64,000 nucleotides of DNA from Mizuhopecten yessoensis (Eukaryota). Positions 18,153 to 32,697 of this stretch are shown here, in pieces. The stretch covers positions 142,705 to 206,704 of the forward strand of contig NW_018404536.1 of assembly GCF_002113885.1 (NCBI RefSeq). Reading direction: 5' to 3'. The notes under the pieces were generated by a model, which worked only from the letters and a program-made list of their open reading frames with translations, made no database searches and was not told the origin of the DNA. The position numbers and the translations under genes are program-made. Each line of letters begins with the position of its first letter. Position 1 is the stretch's first letter.

Positions 18153-18544
18153 GGTTACCTATGTGTATCCTGGTTGAAACGGTTCAGGTTGGGCAGAAAT
18201 ATTCCACGATAAACGAACGCACTTGGACCGAACTGTAGGCTAGCTAAAACAACTGCAATAGTTTCAGAGAATAAATAACAATATATCAAGAATATTATGT
18301 CAGGTTCTATTACACGTCCACTAAATTATATAACCGAGTTAAAATCTGCATCTGGTTTGACATTGTTTTATAAAGAAATAACGCAAACTAGCAATAGTCA
18401 GTATTTTAGTTTTGGTCCGGCACGTCTGGACCACTCAATCTAAATCACGTGCCAAATGTTCCCGAGGTCGGCCTCGGTTCAGATCTGCGCCTGTTGCTTT
18501 CTTTCCAGGTTCGACAACCGTTTCGAGTCAGGTACGCAAAGGCC
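18153..18544. mobile_element. ~400-bp MITE, same family as 43734-44145
   Basis: Shares TATCCTGGTTG...CAGAAATATTCCACGATAAAC...GCACTTGGACCGAAC...AAACTAGCAATAGTCAG with the 43.7-kb copy. Imperfect TIRs. Confidence 0.7.
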
Positions 18545-19172
18545 CTTACTTACAACATGATACCCTTAATTATAACAAGAAACAGTTCACCGTGACCAGT
18601 GAATTCTGCAGATTAGATGAAACAACAAATTCTTCATTTAACCAAACTCTTTTAATATTTTTTTATTCATTCAAATTTACAAAAATATTTGTGTGCTAAA
18701 ATGCAACTCACTATATAGAACGACAAATGGATGACATATAATTTAACCAATAATCACATGTGGCTTTGAACATGAAGAAAGACGAAGGGATGACATAAAT
18801 TTCAACCAATGATCACATGTGACTTTGAAAACCACAGACCTGTTTACATTAATCATCGATACAAATCATATAGATAAATATCCAGCCTTATATTTTATTT
18901 AAGGCTGAATATTTACCTTTACTTAAATCAATGACCCAAAAGTCAAATTAAAAAATTCCAGATATTTTTTTTATATTGAAATGTGACATTGATATGATTG
19001 TTTACTAGCTAGATGCCATGGAATATTTTACAGGAATGCTCAAATACAGTAGTAGTGAGTGACATACTTAATGGAATACTGTATGGCACTTACTGCTTGC
19101 TATGTTTGAGGTACTTTGTATGTACATTATTATATTGACCAGAACAGTGCATTTCAAAGCTGAATAAATTAA

Positions 19173-19255
19173 CCCTTTCACCACTGTAGACCATAATGGA
19201 CTCATATTGATCAATGCATTGTAGAGTCTACTAAATTTACATAGGGGTGAAAGGG
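19173..19255. mobile_element. 83-bp piggyBac-like MITE
   Basis: TTAA|CCCTTTCACC...GGTGAAAGGG|TTAA. Confidence 0.75.
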
Positions 19256-19769
19256 TTAAACTAAAATATTCCATTGCAAATTTAGAGAGAGAAAAAGTAT
19301 GATAAATAGCATGTGTATGATTATATTCAAAGCAAATGATTTGGACAAATTTGGTAAACCTTATCTATTTGAACGTAAAGTTTTCCTTAAAACTTACTTG
19401 TAACATGTATAACGTCACGCTACCACAAATGGTACAATAATTTTGACAGTTTTTTAGTGATCTTTAAAAATTCAGATCTTGTATCTTGAAAGTTTCTTGA
19501 TTCTTGACAAAGACTACCTATTGGTGGTTCATTTTCAGGAAAAGTTTTACATCTAAGTAATTTGTTTTTGAAAAAAGAACGCTAAACTTGCAGTGTTCTT
19601 TTATTTTTTTTGGCGGTAATTTGTACCAAAATTGGTACACCATATCACAGGCTATGGAATTTGGTTTTATTTCTACAAGTTAATATGCTGATTACAACAA
19701 AATATATTGCTTTTATAGATACCATACTGAACTATAATTGTATATATACACTTTAATATTATCCTGTTA

Positions 19770-20663
19770 CAGTAGATTTCTCTTAATATCACTTCCCATT
19801 TGTCAGAGAAAAACATGATATTAATAGAAACATGACATAAACAGAATACATATTTTCTGATGTTTTTCAGCCGTCAAAACCAGAAGTGAACTTAGTCAAA
19901 TGCCTAAGTGATGTGGCTCTAGGAAGAAGATTGATATTTTGTAACTAACCTTGTTCTTTACCCTAGTTGAAATATAGATATAAGTAAATGAGTATAGAAA
20001 TATTTGTATTTCATTTCAGTATGCAGTTACATTTCATATAGTTAGTAGCAATATGACGATCAGAACGATTGTAATTATGATTGTTTACTGCAGTAGTGAT
20101 GTAGGCATACAAGTGTTTGGCTGGTATTCTGCATCAAATTCAATTGTAAACATGAGACTTGGTAAATATTTACCTATATCTTGATATATATACTGTTCTT
20201 TCGCTAGTAACATCTTTTTATAGGTTAATTTCCTTAGATATTTGCTGCAAGTGTGTAATCGAAGATAGTACACATGTTATAATTAGTTGAAAGAATACAT
20301 CACATGTTAACAAGTATGTGAGTCAACCTATTGTTTAACAGTCAGCCAGGTGTAACCTATTGTTTAACAGTCAGCCAGGTGTAAAAAATACCCTGTTAGG
20401 CCGAGGCATTGTTTACATAATGCGTCCAGGGTGTGACAGAAGGTCCCCAGGGCATTTATCATAATTCATTACCACCATTTACCTGTATTTTTTTGTGACA
20501 GTGGCCAAAATAAAGTGATATTAAGAGAAATCGACATAAAATCAGGTGATATCAAAATAATTGAATTGCATAGATTATATAGCAGGAGAAACGGTGCATC
20601 AAAAATACATGATAATAACTGAAAAGTAACATTAACAGACGTAGTATTAGGTGAAATGTACTG
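19770..20663. mobile_element. Non-autonomous Tc1/pogo-like element
   Basis: TA|CAGTAGATTTCTCTTAATAT...GTATTAGGTGAAATGTACTG|TA, with internal sub-terminal repeats (GTGATATTAAGAGAAAT). Confidence 0.6.
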
Positions 20664-21779
20664 TATAAGGACCAAATTTGTCCTTGGTCAATATCAGGTC
20701 CATATACAACGTATCAACATCGACAAAAGACCATAATTGATAAATACTATAACTTAATTTTAATTAACATTGGTAAAATCTGTTATATTTTAAAAGAAAT
20801 TATTATATCTAGGAAAATGCAGGAAAAAAGTCAACCCGTCCATTACAATGAAAGGGATTGATAAAAATAAAATGAAACAAAGTTCTGACACCTTTGCATT
20901 CAGTAATAAATTGTTTCTACAACACAACTACAATGCTAAACAACACAGAACCCAAATTGATACAACTATTGGTACAACCATGGCATTTTTCCTATATTTC
21001 TTACTTATTTTAACCTTTATAGAATGTCCTTTTGTTTCCTGTGTAAACTTGTTTTCCTGTTTATATATGTTTAGGTCCTATTTTGTGTATTTATTAGCAA
21101 ATTCATTTGTACCACTCCCTGGACGTATCGACCAACCTTTGCAGAACAAGAACAATGGTGACAGTATCACAATGTTTCAGGGTACATAAGTCTGTTTATA
21201 TGTTTTATGTTGTTTTGACAACTAAAACAACACTATATTTCAAAAAATAATAATGGTAACCAATATGACAGGTGTTCATTGAGAAGTATCAATCTGGGTT
21301 CTATGACTTTATCACAATTAAACATTTAAACGTAAATATTTTAAATAATTAAAAAATCTTGATTTCAAACTAAAGAAAAAAACTTCACAAGCAAACTTGA
21401 TACACACATACATCATTAACATGCTGTTCTCACATAATCTTTCATTCTCATGCTAAATACTGGGTAAATATAATAGTGTAGGGAGACAGGGCACACTAAG
21501 GAACAATGGCAGTGAAACCTCAATAAATACAGTCACCATGGTTTCCATCTAAAGTGTTGAATCAAGGACAATATGTATAAAAAGACTAAATTGTCCGATA
21601 AAAACACTAGGACAGATGTAATCTGAGTTAGGAACATGTATAAAATATTGTAAAAATACAAAAGATCATCTAAAATCTATATTATTAATTATTGACAGTT
21701 TCTTTGGCTCATCATCAGTGTTACTGAGCATTAGGCATTGGTTTGAAGTACTCATCAACACAAAAATTGATCAGATACC

Positions 21780-23230
21780 TATTAAAGCTGTAAAATCTAA
21801 CTGGTTACATATAAGCCATCCCCCCCCCCCCCAATATATTCAAGCTGTAAAGTCTAAATATCTTAAAAGTGTTAAGTCAAACTAGATAGCTACAGTGTAA
21901 AGTCTACCTCAGGCTGTAAAGTTTACCTCAATATCGAAGCCATGAAGTCTACCAAGATATTCAAGCTGTATAAAGTAGATATCTCAAAGCTGTAATAGCT
22001 TCCTAGATATCCAGGCTGTTACAGTTTGTAATTCTTCCTAGATATATACAAGCTAGATAATCTACATAATATATAAAAGCTGTAAAGTTTTTCTAGATAT
22101 CTTAGTTGTTATTTAAAAGTTTATCTATAGATATCCCACCTGCAATTTCTTCCTAGATATCATTATGTATAGCTGCTACGTCTACAAATATTTCTTAGCT
22201 GTAATTTTAAAGTCTAACTATAGAAATCCAAGCTGTAATTTTATTAAAGCTGTAAATGTTAAGTCTTTCAAGATATCTAAGATATAGCGTCTACCTTAAT
22301 GTCTAAGCTGCAATGTCTTCAGCTATAATCTTAATCTTAGCTGTAATTTTAAAGTCTACCTATATATATTTAAGCTGTCATGGCTACAAATATATCTTTC
22401 ATATCTTTCTGTAATTCTTAATTATACCTTAATATCTATGATGCAAAGTCCAGATATCCAAGCTGTAAATCTGCAGTCTTTACTGTCACTGTACCCAAAT
22501 CGGAACAGTACCCAAAACGGGACACCTATGGGAAAACGGCCCAAGAAACTGTCAATTCATAGAAGTTCTTTTATGTATACAGTTTTCATTTCATAATACT
22601 TTTACGACAATTTAACTATATGTAAGCTTTATTGGCTGCTGATTATCGTTACATGGACAATTTAAAGGTAAGGTTATTGACCAAAACTTTCCCTGATTTA
22701 CGTGCCATGCGATGCTATTTATTTGGATATCATTTTCAAAAATCTATTTTATCAAAACTTATGCTAGTTTGGAGAAGAAATTTAATCAAAACCATGTTTG
22801 ATTCTTAAATATTTGAAATATGTCTACTCTTCTTTTCTGCTGATATTGATCGTTTATCCCCAAATATTAGCCAAAAATATACCAAAATGACCTTTTCAGG
22901 GCACAGTTACGCCAGATCAAGGGCTTAAGTAACCCTGATGGTATTTCACATTTTATTTATAGAACCACGCACCCCAAATTCAACTTGTAATAGAAATGAA
23001 AAGTGGATAGTATCTATTTATGAAAAATGAAAAACATTTTTGAACCGATAGTATATGATATAAAGAACATTGAGATTTATCTAAACAGTGTCCCGATTTG
23101 GGCACAGTGACGTCATAGATATCTAAGCTGTCAAAAGTTTAGTAGATATCTCAGCTTTATGTCTACCTAAATCAAAGCCGTAATGTCTACATAGCTATCT
23201 AAGCTGTAAGGTCTTAGTATGTAGATATCT
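21780..23230. repeat. Decayed ~26-bp tandem array interrupted by a transposon
   Basis: AAGCTGTAAAGTCTACCTAGATATCT-like units recur on both sides of the 22483-23112 insertion. Confidence 0.7.
22483..23112. mobile_element. Non-autonomous TIR DNA transposon (mariner/pogo-like); truncated relative at about 57203-57440
   Basis: TIRs GTCACTGTACCCAAATCGGAACA / TGTCCCGATTTGGGCACAGTGAC. The first ~240 bp align with the sequence from 57203. Confidence 0.75.
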
Positions 23231-24036
23231 ATTCCTGGCTTCAGCAACTGATTAGGACATATATTTAGTAGTCCACCACAGGCACGTGTTGAAGATTAAA
23301 AGACTCAATTGATAGGTTTGTCGTGAGGCTTATAATTAATCCTATCAAATTATATACCATAGACAGAGTGAATTTACCATACATTATTTATGCGGCACCA
23401 TGGCTAAGGATTAAGAAAGATGATATTTTCAGATTCAGTAATGCTTATCTAACAACCTAAAATTCAATGCTATACAAATTGGTACTTAATCAACAATGCT
23501 TATCTAAGAATTATGAACCTCAAATAAAACCATGCAAAAGTCTTTTTCACCTAAGTGCAAAAATAACACCCTGTAAAATAATAAACACAGTATGCAGTAG
23601 CCGTTATGACTAATTCTTGGCCTAAGATTTACCTTTCAACAGTATCAAACGTATCGGAACATGTGATCAGACAGACGTCAATTTTATCTATAGATGTACA
23701 TCATTAATACCGCTGGTTACTGTGGAGTATTATACATTGCATATATATTTTGATAGTTATGACTTATACACCTTAAAGCATGCCTTTCTCACATTGTCAG
23801 TTGGAGACTAATTCCATCTGAGATGTGTGATGCAAGGTCTTGGGAACAATATGACAATACAATCTTCTAATACAAAGACTAGCTTCATGAATGCAAAAAT
23901 TAAAAAATGTAATCTGTGAACTTGTAGAATTTTTTTCTCCAATGACATTATATATTTTTTTTAAATGATTTAATGACAGTGAAATGTAATGGTGTGTGTG
24001 ACAGTGAAACAAAAATGCCATAGAAATGACGTAACA

Positions 24037-27000
24037 TCAGCTTTGCTTGGTTTTAAGTTCGCCCCTAAATTTTAAAATGGCTTTGGTCTTTGAGCCTGGT
24101 CTATCCAGGTTGATGGCGTGACCACAGCGGGAAATGATGTCCACAGATTGGCAGTTTGGCAGCTTTTCTTGCAGTACCTTCACTCCTGATACATCTATCA
24201 CCTACAAGTACAAAGACAAATTATTATTTTCCATTTGACAAAGTAACACCTTTCCTATGTTCCACGTAACCAGACCTATCAAAAACAGCATATACTGTTG
24301 AACTGACATCAAGACTGTGATGTCATAAACAAATGGCCTGATGAGACAATACATTCAGTCAGTTCAGTAACATGGGCACATAATGAATAGTTACTTTTTT
24401 GTAATTATCTCCCCTTTCTGGCTTTCATACACTTATAATATATAATTTATCATATAAAAAATACTTAAAAAACAGAGAGAAAAAGTGTTAACTCAAACAG
24501 TGGAAACAGAGTGGTTTTCAGTGATTGGCCTGCTCCCTGATAGCCCTTTCTGTAAATATTTATCATTTGAATAACATTCATGGTTTCCTTTTTTACCTGT
24601 CTCACCGATTCAAATTACTGTGTAAGAAATGTTAAAGTGTTATCTCACGAATATATTGAAAACTCCATATGCCACAGATTATTAATATTATCTTGGAAAG
24701 TCTATCATTAAATTGAAATATAATTGGTATACACTTAAAATATAAACGTGTTAACAGTAAGACTAGCTTAAAAAGTAGAACAATAGGCCTGATGGATCTG
24801 TTAATTAGTCTACCAGTGCAACACTTGTTCCAATATATAAGAAATGTGCAAAACATGCAGACCTTGTGTGACCTCATGCAGCTATTGGCCTCATTCTTTA
24901 TTTGTACATTAGCACAATTTGTGTTGTTGTTTACATTGTTTTAAGATTCCTATAAATAATGCGCAAGGTACAGATTTATCTGTTTAATAAGAGAAGAAAT
25001 ATATTTTGCTTAATTCATGCCAGTGTGATTTGAAATATGTTAGATACGTAGAAATGTCACTTGAAACAACTTATTCACAAAGATTTAAAGTCATGAACTT
25101 CCCAACAGCAGTTACATATCTTGTTTCTTCAAATGTTTGACTGGGCCATCTACTTAAATCCCTTGCACATTTTACACAAAAACAAATAAATAAATCACAC
25201 AAAACAGAAGGGACTTTACTGTTCAAGTGCTTAAAAAGACAAGTACAGAGTTATCACCTTGTCAACATTGTCTAAAGCTTGAGCTTCAGGGGAGAATGAA
25301 TCTGCTGATATCCCTATCCATGATTGTATGAGGAGATTAATGTGGGGCCTAGCAGACTGGGGTTTTCCTTAGATATGTCTTCTGCCTTCAGGATATTGGA
25401 GCAACCAAAATTGATCTGCTGCCCAAATGGCAAAACTCGGGACCTCTGTATTTTGTCTTCACTATACTAATTTTACTGCTCTTTAGTTTTTGCAGTATCT
25501 CCCTTTGAATTTATAGTTAGTCAGGTGTCAAATAAATGTGACCGGTAATTTAATGTCTTGTCTATTACAAAGTCCAGGTTATGACATTACAGTGATAAAG
25601 CACTTTAAAGTAGCCCTGAATTGGCCCTGTTATCTGTTCACTGTTGACAATGTCTCCATATATGACATTATATAAAAAACAAGAGTACCGCGGGGCGGAA
25701 CAATATACACCCGTCCAATGCCATATAGTGGTATAAACTTTCTTACATTGAAATAAGATCTGCATCATTCTAAGAGTGGTTAGCTGACATGCTATAAAAA
25801 TGTAGGAAAAAAACTCCGGATAAAAAAAATCAAATACTGAAATGAACAAAGGGCAATAACTTTTGCAAAAATCGTCGAAACAAAATTCTTTTCAAGGAAA
25901 CACAACAACATATTATGATTATGAAGCCTACTAAGTTTTAAAGAAATCTGTCAAAAATGTAGGAGGAGATCTCCGGACAAAAAACAAATAATGAAATGAA
26001 CAAAGGGCAATAACTTTTGTAAAAATTGTCGAATCAAAATTCTTTTAAGGGAGACACAACTTCACATCATGATTATAATGTATACAAAGTTTCAAAGAGA
26101 TCCGTTGAAAAATGCAGGAGGAGATTGCCGGACAAAAATCAAATACTTAAATGAACAAAGGGCAATAACTTTTGCAAAAATTGTTGAATCAAAATTCTTT
26201 TATGGGAGACACAACTTCATATCATGATTATAATGTATACCAAGTTTCAAAGAGATCTGTTGAAAAATGTAGGAGGAGATTGCCAGACAAACAAACCATA
26301 CCATAATACTCCCGTCAAATTTGACGGGCGTATAATAGTAAGCTGTTGCAAGGACAGAAAACCCTTGTATGTAAATTAAACCAAAACCAAGAGTTCCATG
26401 AATTACCTGGTCTTCCTCGCCCCATATAAGCTGGCTTGGTACAGTGATCTTGTGGGCTGTGTTCTCTAATATTGCTGCATATTCCCAGCTGGCAAGGGAC
26501 TTGAACACTACAAAACAACCATGCTCACTTTAAGAAACCACACATCAACTGATGAAAAATTGCAAACTATTGAATATTAAACACATCCCAATTCTAACTG
26601 CTAGACAATGAAGATTTCTAATATTAAAATGATTTCATAGATATAAAGCTTCTATAAATAGGTTAACAACATTTTAACTCATTCACCCCTGAAATTTATC
26701 AATGAACTATTCCAACCTTTGAATTGGAAGGGTTCAAATGTGTCTTTAGGGGTGAATGATTTAATTGACCAAACCAAGATATCACCATGCATGTCTATCA
26801 AAGCTGGAAAATTCAGTGACCCTCGAGTTTGAATCACCATTGTGATTTCACATATCAATCAAACATTGTAACGTCCCAATAGGCTCACAGGAAAGTAACA
26901 TCCCTCATTCTAACTGGCATTGAACTGCTTAGAGCTTATAAAAAAGTTTTTACCATTTTGAATGTAAAGGTTTGCGAGAAATACAATCTATCCCTGGGAT

Positions 27001-30000
27001 TGAGGAATAAGTACAGTGATTAAAACTGACAGCCTAGGGTAAAATGTCTAAGAAAACCCTTGGCAAACTTCCAGTTTTTTTTGATACAATATTCCATCCC
27101 TTTGATTTGAATCACCTTGTCTATAACTACCCCATGGGGGAAAAATCTATTATTAATAGTAACACTCATTATACTATTGGAATCTGTAATAGCACTAGCA
27201 GTATGTTCTGATAAAAAAAAACCCATCTTTTAAGTACAAGTGTAACAAGCTTTTCAAGAAATGATATCTATTACTTTAGTAACTAGATAACTTACGACGA
27301 AAGAAAAAAATGTTGTTTGGTTTTCTCATTTCAACAGCACCCTGTAGAATCTGTTAAAACAAAATAAATTTAAAAGTATAGATCAAGACAATTAATTAAT
27401 ATTTATTTATATTGTTACCTATGGCTCTGATGGTCAAAACTATTTTGTAATGCATAGTACACAATTATTAGCTTGTTTACAATAATTGCGTAAATCTATG
27501 ACTATATATATAGATCATAACGACGAGAATTTATCAGAGTGTTATCAATATATGTATTATTAAGTACATATCAAGCATGCCTCAAAATAATTGTCATCAA
27601 TTGTCTATTTTACAAATCATGAATGCTCTTTTTCTGGTTTTCAAGCAGAAAACTCTTTTGGAAGGAGTACATATTACATGTAGCGTAAAGATAAGATATA
27701 TCTAAAACAAAACTCACTGTACTAAACTAACAACATGACAACAGAATGTTCTATGATTGCCAACAATCCCTATCCAGGAGGGAGACTCCCAATTTTGGGT
27801 CCTCAAATTAAGCTTTTTCAACCAGTGAATTTGCTAAACTCTTCCTAATTTCAAAGGTCTGATGATTTTATCTGAAAGAACAGCTGAAAAGATGCCATTT
27901 AAAAGTGTAACTTTTTCTCTAGGGTGTACACACCCTTATTTTATTTATGTTTTTAATTCTGAGAACATGTGATCTCCTCTATGGAAATTTCAAAACGTTG
28001 GCAAGAAGGATGTTCAATCATAACATCCTTCAAACAAATCTCACTGTGCCAAATATGACAAGAAAATATTCAATCATAAATTACTGACATATAGAATATA
28101 TGTTGACCTACCTTGTTTGTAAAAAAGAAATTTGGCTTGTAAAACTGAGCAAAGCCTAGCATATACTTCATCTCCTCAGGGTTTTTTGGTATAAATGGAC
28201 ATTCTCTGAGGATGGTTTCATCATCCTGTGTCTCCATAATCTCCCGAATCTTTATGGAAACTTCACTGTCTATGGGTGTCTTCACTATAGGAGAAAGAGA
28301 ATGTTAAGCTGTGAAGAGTTATGTACAGACAATGCCATTATTTCAGATCTTAATTGAAGTTACCATAAATGCAAAGCAGAAAAAGATTCAAATTTTAAAC
28401 AACTTTTTGTTTTGCTTATTAAGTTTTTAAGGTAAAATATATCAAACAAGAGGCCCAAGGGCCTTAGCGGTCACCTGAGTTATATCATAGGTACTGGTAG
28501 CTTTATTTTATTGTTTAGATGTTATGTGGAAATCAGCATGTAAACTAAGTGAAATACAATACTTGTCATGTCATCAAAGGATAAGAATTTGAAAATGTTG
28601 GTAAATGTTCCCTTTGGGGCCCCGCCCTAGCCCCTGGGGAGGGGACAGGAACCCCAATTTTACAAAGTAATACTCTCATTCACCAAAGATGATTCTGACT
28701 AAGTTTGAGTAATTTTCTGCTGAAAATGGATAAAATATACCCAAAAGTGTTATTTCCCTATATAAACTATAGTAAAATTTACCCCCTCCCAAAGGGAGAA
28801 CGAATAGCTCGGGGGTCCTGAAATTTACAATTTAAGTAAAGCCCCTGATGATCTTTCTTTCCATGCAGGGAAAATGACTAGTACCTGAGTCTGGAGAAGA
28901 AGATTTTTGAAATATTGGTAAATTTTCCCTTTGGGGCCCCACCCTGGCCCCAGGGGTTGGGGTAGGAATTCCAATTTTATAATTTTGTATCCTCATCTAC
29001 CAAGGAAGATTCTGACCAAGTTTGAAAAAAATCCATCCACTGGTTATTGAGAAGTTGAAAATGTCAAAAGTTTACGGACGACGGACGAGTACGGAAGGAA
29101 AGCGATTAGAATAGGTCACTTGAGCAAAGCTCAGGTGACCCAAAAAAACAACATCATGTCTAAACTATGTTTCTTTCTCTAAGGAAACCTTTAAAGTCTT
29201 GTATGGATTATGGTAATACATGTATATTCATAATGTAAAACTTACTTGCTGGACACATCATAGAAAGCCTTTCTATTTGGTCTGGGTATTTGGCAGTGTA
29301 CAGGCCAGCTATAGACCCACCCATAGACATTCCCACCATGTGGAATGGTGTCTTGTCCAATCCAACAGCCTCCACAAACTGCAAACAAGAACATGAATCA
29401 ATGTCATATTTTATATTCTTTATCATTACACTATCCTACTTAAGGATGTACACCTCTGAGAAGTCAAAAATTTCCTGTATTAAACTTTTTTCTTATAATG
29501 ATTTTTGGAAAAAGGAGATAATGGCATAGTAGAAAATGCGAAAACAATTATATGTCCGTGTGTTCGTTTTTGTGCTATGATCGGTCAAAGATACCAATTT
29601 AACACAATAGGTGATTTTAGCTGAATTTTCGGGTTTTGACCATTTGCAGAACAAATTCATACAATTTCTTCCAAGTGTGTTATCAGATAAGTATGAATGT
29701 TTGTAGAATTGATAAAAATATTATTTTCTTTTAAATTATGGAAGTAAAATTTCTTAATTTTATTCATTTTACTCAGAAATGCGATTTTAGTCACCCCTAC
29801 CCCTGTTTTTTAATGAAAAAATGCACATTTGTTCACCATTTTTTGCAGATTAAACGCTTGATATAAAAAATTCCTGTATTAAACATTTTTTAGTATTCAA
29901 TGAATAAAAAGTAAATGTGTTTCTCTTTCTAAAACAGCCACAAAAATGGGGGGTCGGTGTGCTTCTTTTTTGTCCCATTATTATTTGTGTTATTTTTCAC

Positions 30001-32697
30001 CTTTTTCGGGGTCAAAAATCAAAAGTGATTCAGTTACCCTAATATGTAAAAAAAATACCAATAATATATAACTTTCCACTTTTTTGCATATTATTTTAAT
30101 CATATTGAACATTATAAAGTTGTACAGCAAAATTGAACCTGCTACATTTAAAAATGGTGACACAATGACAATTTAAGTGATCAATCTAGTGTAAAAAAAG
30201 GTGAAATTTTGCCCTTTGTGAAGCGCAAGAAATTCACATAAATACACTTTTTCAAAATGGCCGCCAAATTGGTCATTTTTTTCAAATTCTTGTAAAAAAT
30301 GTTCTACACACAACAGACATCTAGTTTTTTGACATGTTTTTCAGATGTGTGTGTGCTATTAAATCTATCATAATTTATTAAATATTACAAAAACCCGTTA
30401 CACCAGATCAAAACGAGACTTGAACGTGACTGAAACCTCAGAAGAGTACATCCTTAATCTACACAAACTCAATCATGTGGCTAAAGAAAAGTTCAAACAA
30501 CACAACCATTAATTTTTATTGACCACGACTGTGCAGCTATCAAACAACCAAATGTAAATATCAACTTTGCCATCTGTGTCCTGCTTCTTCAAAAAAAAAT
30601 CTTTATCCAATATCAGATTTTGATATACTGGCTAAGCAACAACCTCACTTCGTGCCTCAATAAATCTGAATACTTAGAGAAGGGTTAATTACTTATATAT
30701 ATATACAGCTTAAACCCTTTTAAGTTATACTTTTCATTTTTTTATCAATAAATGATAAAAAAAAATATGTGTTTTATGACATCCATCTTTTAAATGGCAA
30801 TTAAAGGATTAGATTTCTTTGAACCATTGATGATAAGACCATTTTTAACTCATGAAAAAAAAAAGAAAATCTTTTCAGATTCCTAAAACAAAACAAACTA
30901 CCAAGCTGTTTTGCAGGATACAAATACCATCTGAAACCAAATCAACGTTACCTAAATATATTGTTACCGGTATGCTTAGATATGAGTTCAGGGCCCAACT
31001 ATGACATTTTCTTGGATAATTACATAATATTTAAAAGCATTTAAAAGTATATTACTGTTCTATATGAGCCTACCTCGCGAACCCTAGACACCTGTCCATT
31101 GAATGAAATGTCTTCACCTTCTGAGGGAATGTCACTGTCCCCGTGTCCTGGCAAGTCCAGTGCAATCACATGGTAGTCTGTAAGATTCTGGTGGTAAACA
31201 GATTTATAATACAGTTGTAGTTACAAACTCATTATAATGTCAGAAAATGTATGTTATAAAACAAATACAGCATTTCTCACCTACCTACGACCATTAAACA
31301 AACTCCTTAAAAAAAATAAGGTTTACGTATTGAAAATGATCACAGAGCAATTCTTTTGATAAAAGAGGACATGAGACTAAATTTCAGTATGTTACACTTT
31401 GCTGTCCAAACAAGTTTTCACATACGACATTTGGTACTGTAGGTGACAGAGTATATATGATATACCCCAGACAAATGTACATATGGTAAATAAAGGGTCA
31501 TAACTCTCCATAAAGTGGAGTGCTTGTTCCATTTTCTGAATTGGACACATCACCATCCAAATGATATCATACACTATGGTCAGTTGTGCAATTTCTTTTG
31601 ACAATTTGTTCTGTTATAACATTGTCAAGTAATCAACTTTATTGATTTACAAACAAGTCAGGATGAAAAGTATATTTTTTGAGGTGATAACGCCATTTCA
31701 TTATAAAGGCAAGTACTTCAGTTAATTTTGGATTGTATGATTTTACCAAAATCTGAGTGCTTGTAAAGCGAAGTAGCATCCATTATGGTACTGCACAGCA
31801 GATGACATATATAGCAGTTGGCTGTCCATAATGATCCAGGATATCGACCAATCAAATGACACACAGTTTTAATCAACCAATTCATTCACACGTGTACATC
31901 TAACTAAAACCTTTGTTATTTAAAGAATGGCCAGGTAGTTGATAAACAAGGGCGAGTTTATACATTTTACTAAATTAAATAGACTACAATATATATTATT
32001 AATATTTTCATGTAACAGGAAAGAGAGTAGTGTGCTTCCACCGGGGATTGAACCTGTAATCCCTAGTCGGACACTCTACCACTGAGCTGAAGGGAAATTC
32101 CCTCTAGCGCAAAGCTAGAAGGTGACCATAATCCTATGAACAATAAAAATCTGCCATATTCAGTACACATGGAGGACACATTATTATAACATTTACACGT
32201 CTGATCGAGACAGACAGGAAACATACCTTCACCAGTGGCACCCACATAAACTTGTCAGCTGAGAATCCATGCAGAAGGAGAATAGAAGACTTGTCAGGTC
32301 GTTTCCTGCCTCTCTCTCCGTAACATAATGTGAGGTCTCCTAATTTTACATACTGAATCTTCATCCCACTAAACAACACTGCAAATCTGAAAGAGAAAGA
32401 TGAACTTATTCTAGTTGCCAGAAAATTTAAATCATTAGAAATTTGCTTTTTCAAAATCATTGTTATTTTTAAGAAGCAAAGAAAACCTTTTTCAAAATCT
32501 GTTCAATTTTGATATTTTAAACAATCACTCATTGTGTTGTGACAGTTTATATTAAGTACATACTTCATGTACATCTGAACCACAAGAACCGGTCGGTTGA
32601 GGTAGACGAGGAGGGTTGCCGCTGTCACTGTAGCTGTTGTGACAAGTACAGGGTAAATCATCAAAGACATTGCAAATTCTGGGACTAATGCAGCCAT
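24037..32697 (-). CDS. ABHD6: Monoacylglycerol lipase ABHD6-like alpha/beta hydrolase, 344 aa
   Basis: Coding exons 32697-32564, 32386-32227, 31187-31074, 29378-29246, 28284-28112, 27350-27296, 26507-26407, 24201-24037; all GT-AG; 1035 nt. N-terminal hydrophobic anchor, LLLHGFSA, VIALDLPGHG, nucleophile GMSMGG, acid WGEEDQV, His in RCGHAI. Confidence 0.93.
25678..26335 (-). mobile_element. Helentron-type element (second family) with ~154-bp internal repeats
   Basis: Ends AACAAGAGTACCGCGGGGCGGAAC...ATACACCCGTC and the hairpin CCCGTCAAATTTGACGGG-CGTATAA. AAATGAACAAAGGGCAATAAC recurs at about 25840, 25993 and 26148. Confidence 0.75.
26678..26760. mobile_element. 83-bp piggyBac-like MITE (relative of 19173-19255)
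   Basis: TTAA|CTCATTCACCCCT...AGGGGTGAATGAT|TTAA; same length as the 19.2-kb copy. Confidence 0.7.
28445..29143 (-). mobile_element. Helentron-type (HINE) element
   Basis: AACAAGAGGCCCAAGGGCCT...GGTCACCTGAG at one end; a GACG microsatellite and GGTCACTTGAGCAAAGCTCAGGTGACC at the other. Confidence 0.8.
29444..30453. mobile_element. Non-autonomous Kolobok-like DNA transposon
   Basis: TTAA|GGATGTACACCTCTGAG...CTCAGAAGAGTACATCC|TTAA: TTAA TSD with purine-purine termini. Confidence 0.75.
32011..32158 (-). mobile_element. Solo LTR of tRNA-containing TRIM family A
   Basis: Reverse complement of the LTRs at 34903-35066 and 35160-35301. Perfect 4-bp TSD TTCA (32007-32010, 32159-32162). A box CAGCTCAGTGGTAG, B box GGTTCAATCCC. 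Confidence 0.85.

Noticed and set aside
18729-18829. Duplicated CCAAT...CACATGTG motif as an ER-stress element
   Set aside because: Spacing and second half do not match ERSE (CCAAT-N9-CCACG), and it is not near an identified TSS.
21690-21725. Minus-strand CTGATGA...GAAAC hammerhead-like motif
   Set aside because: Stems I and II do not pair.
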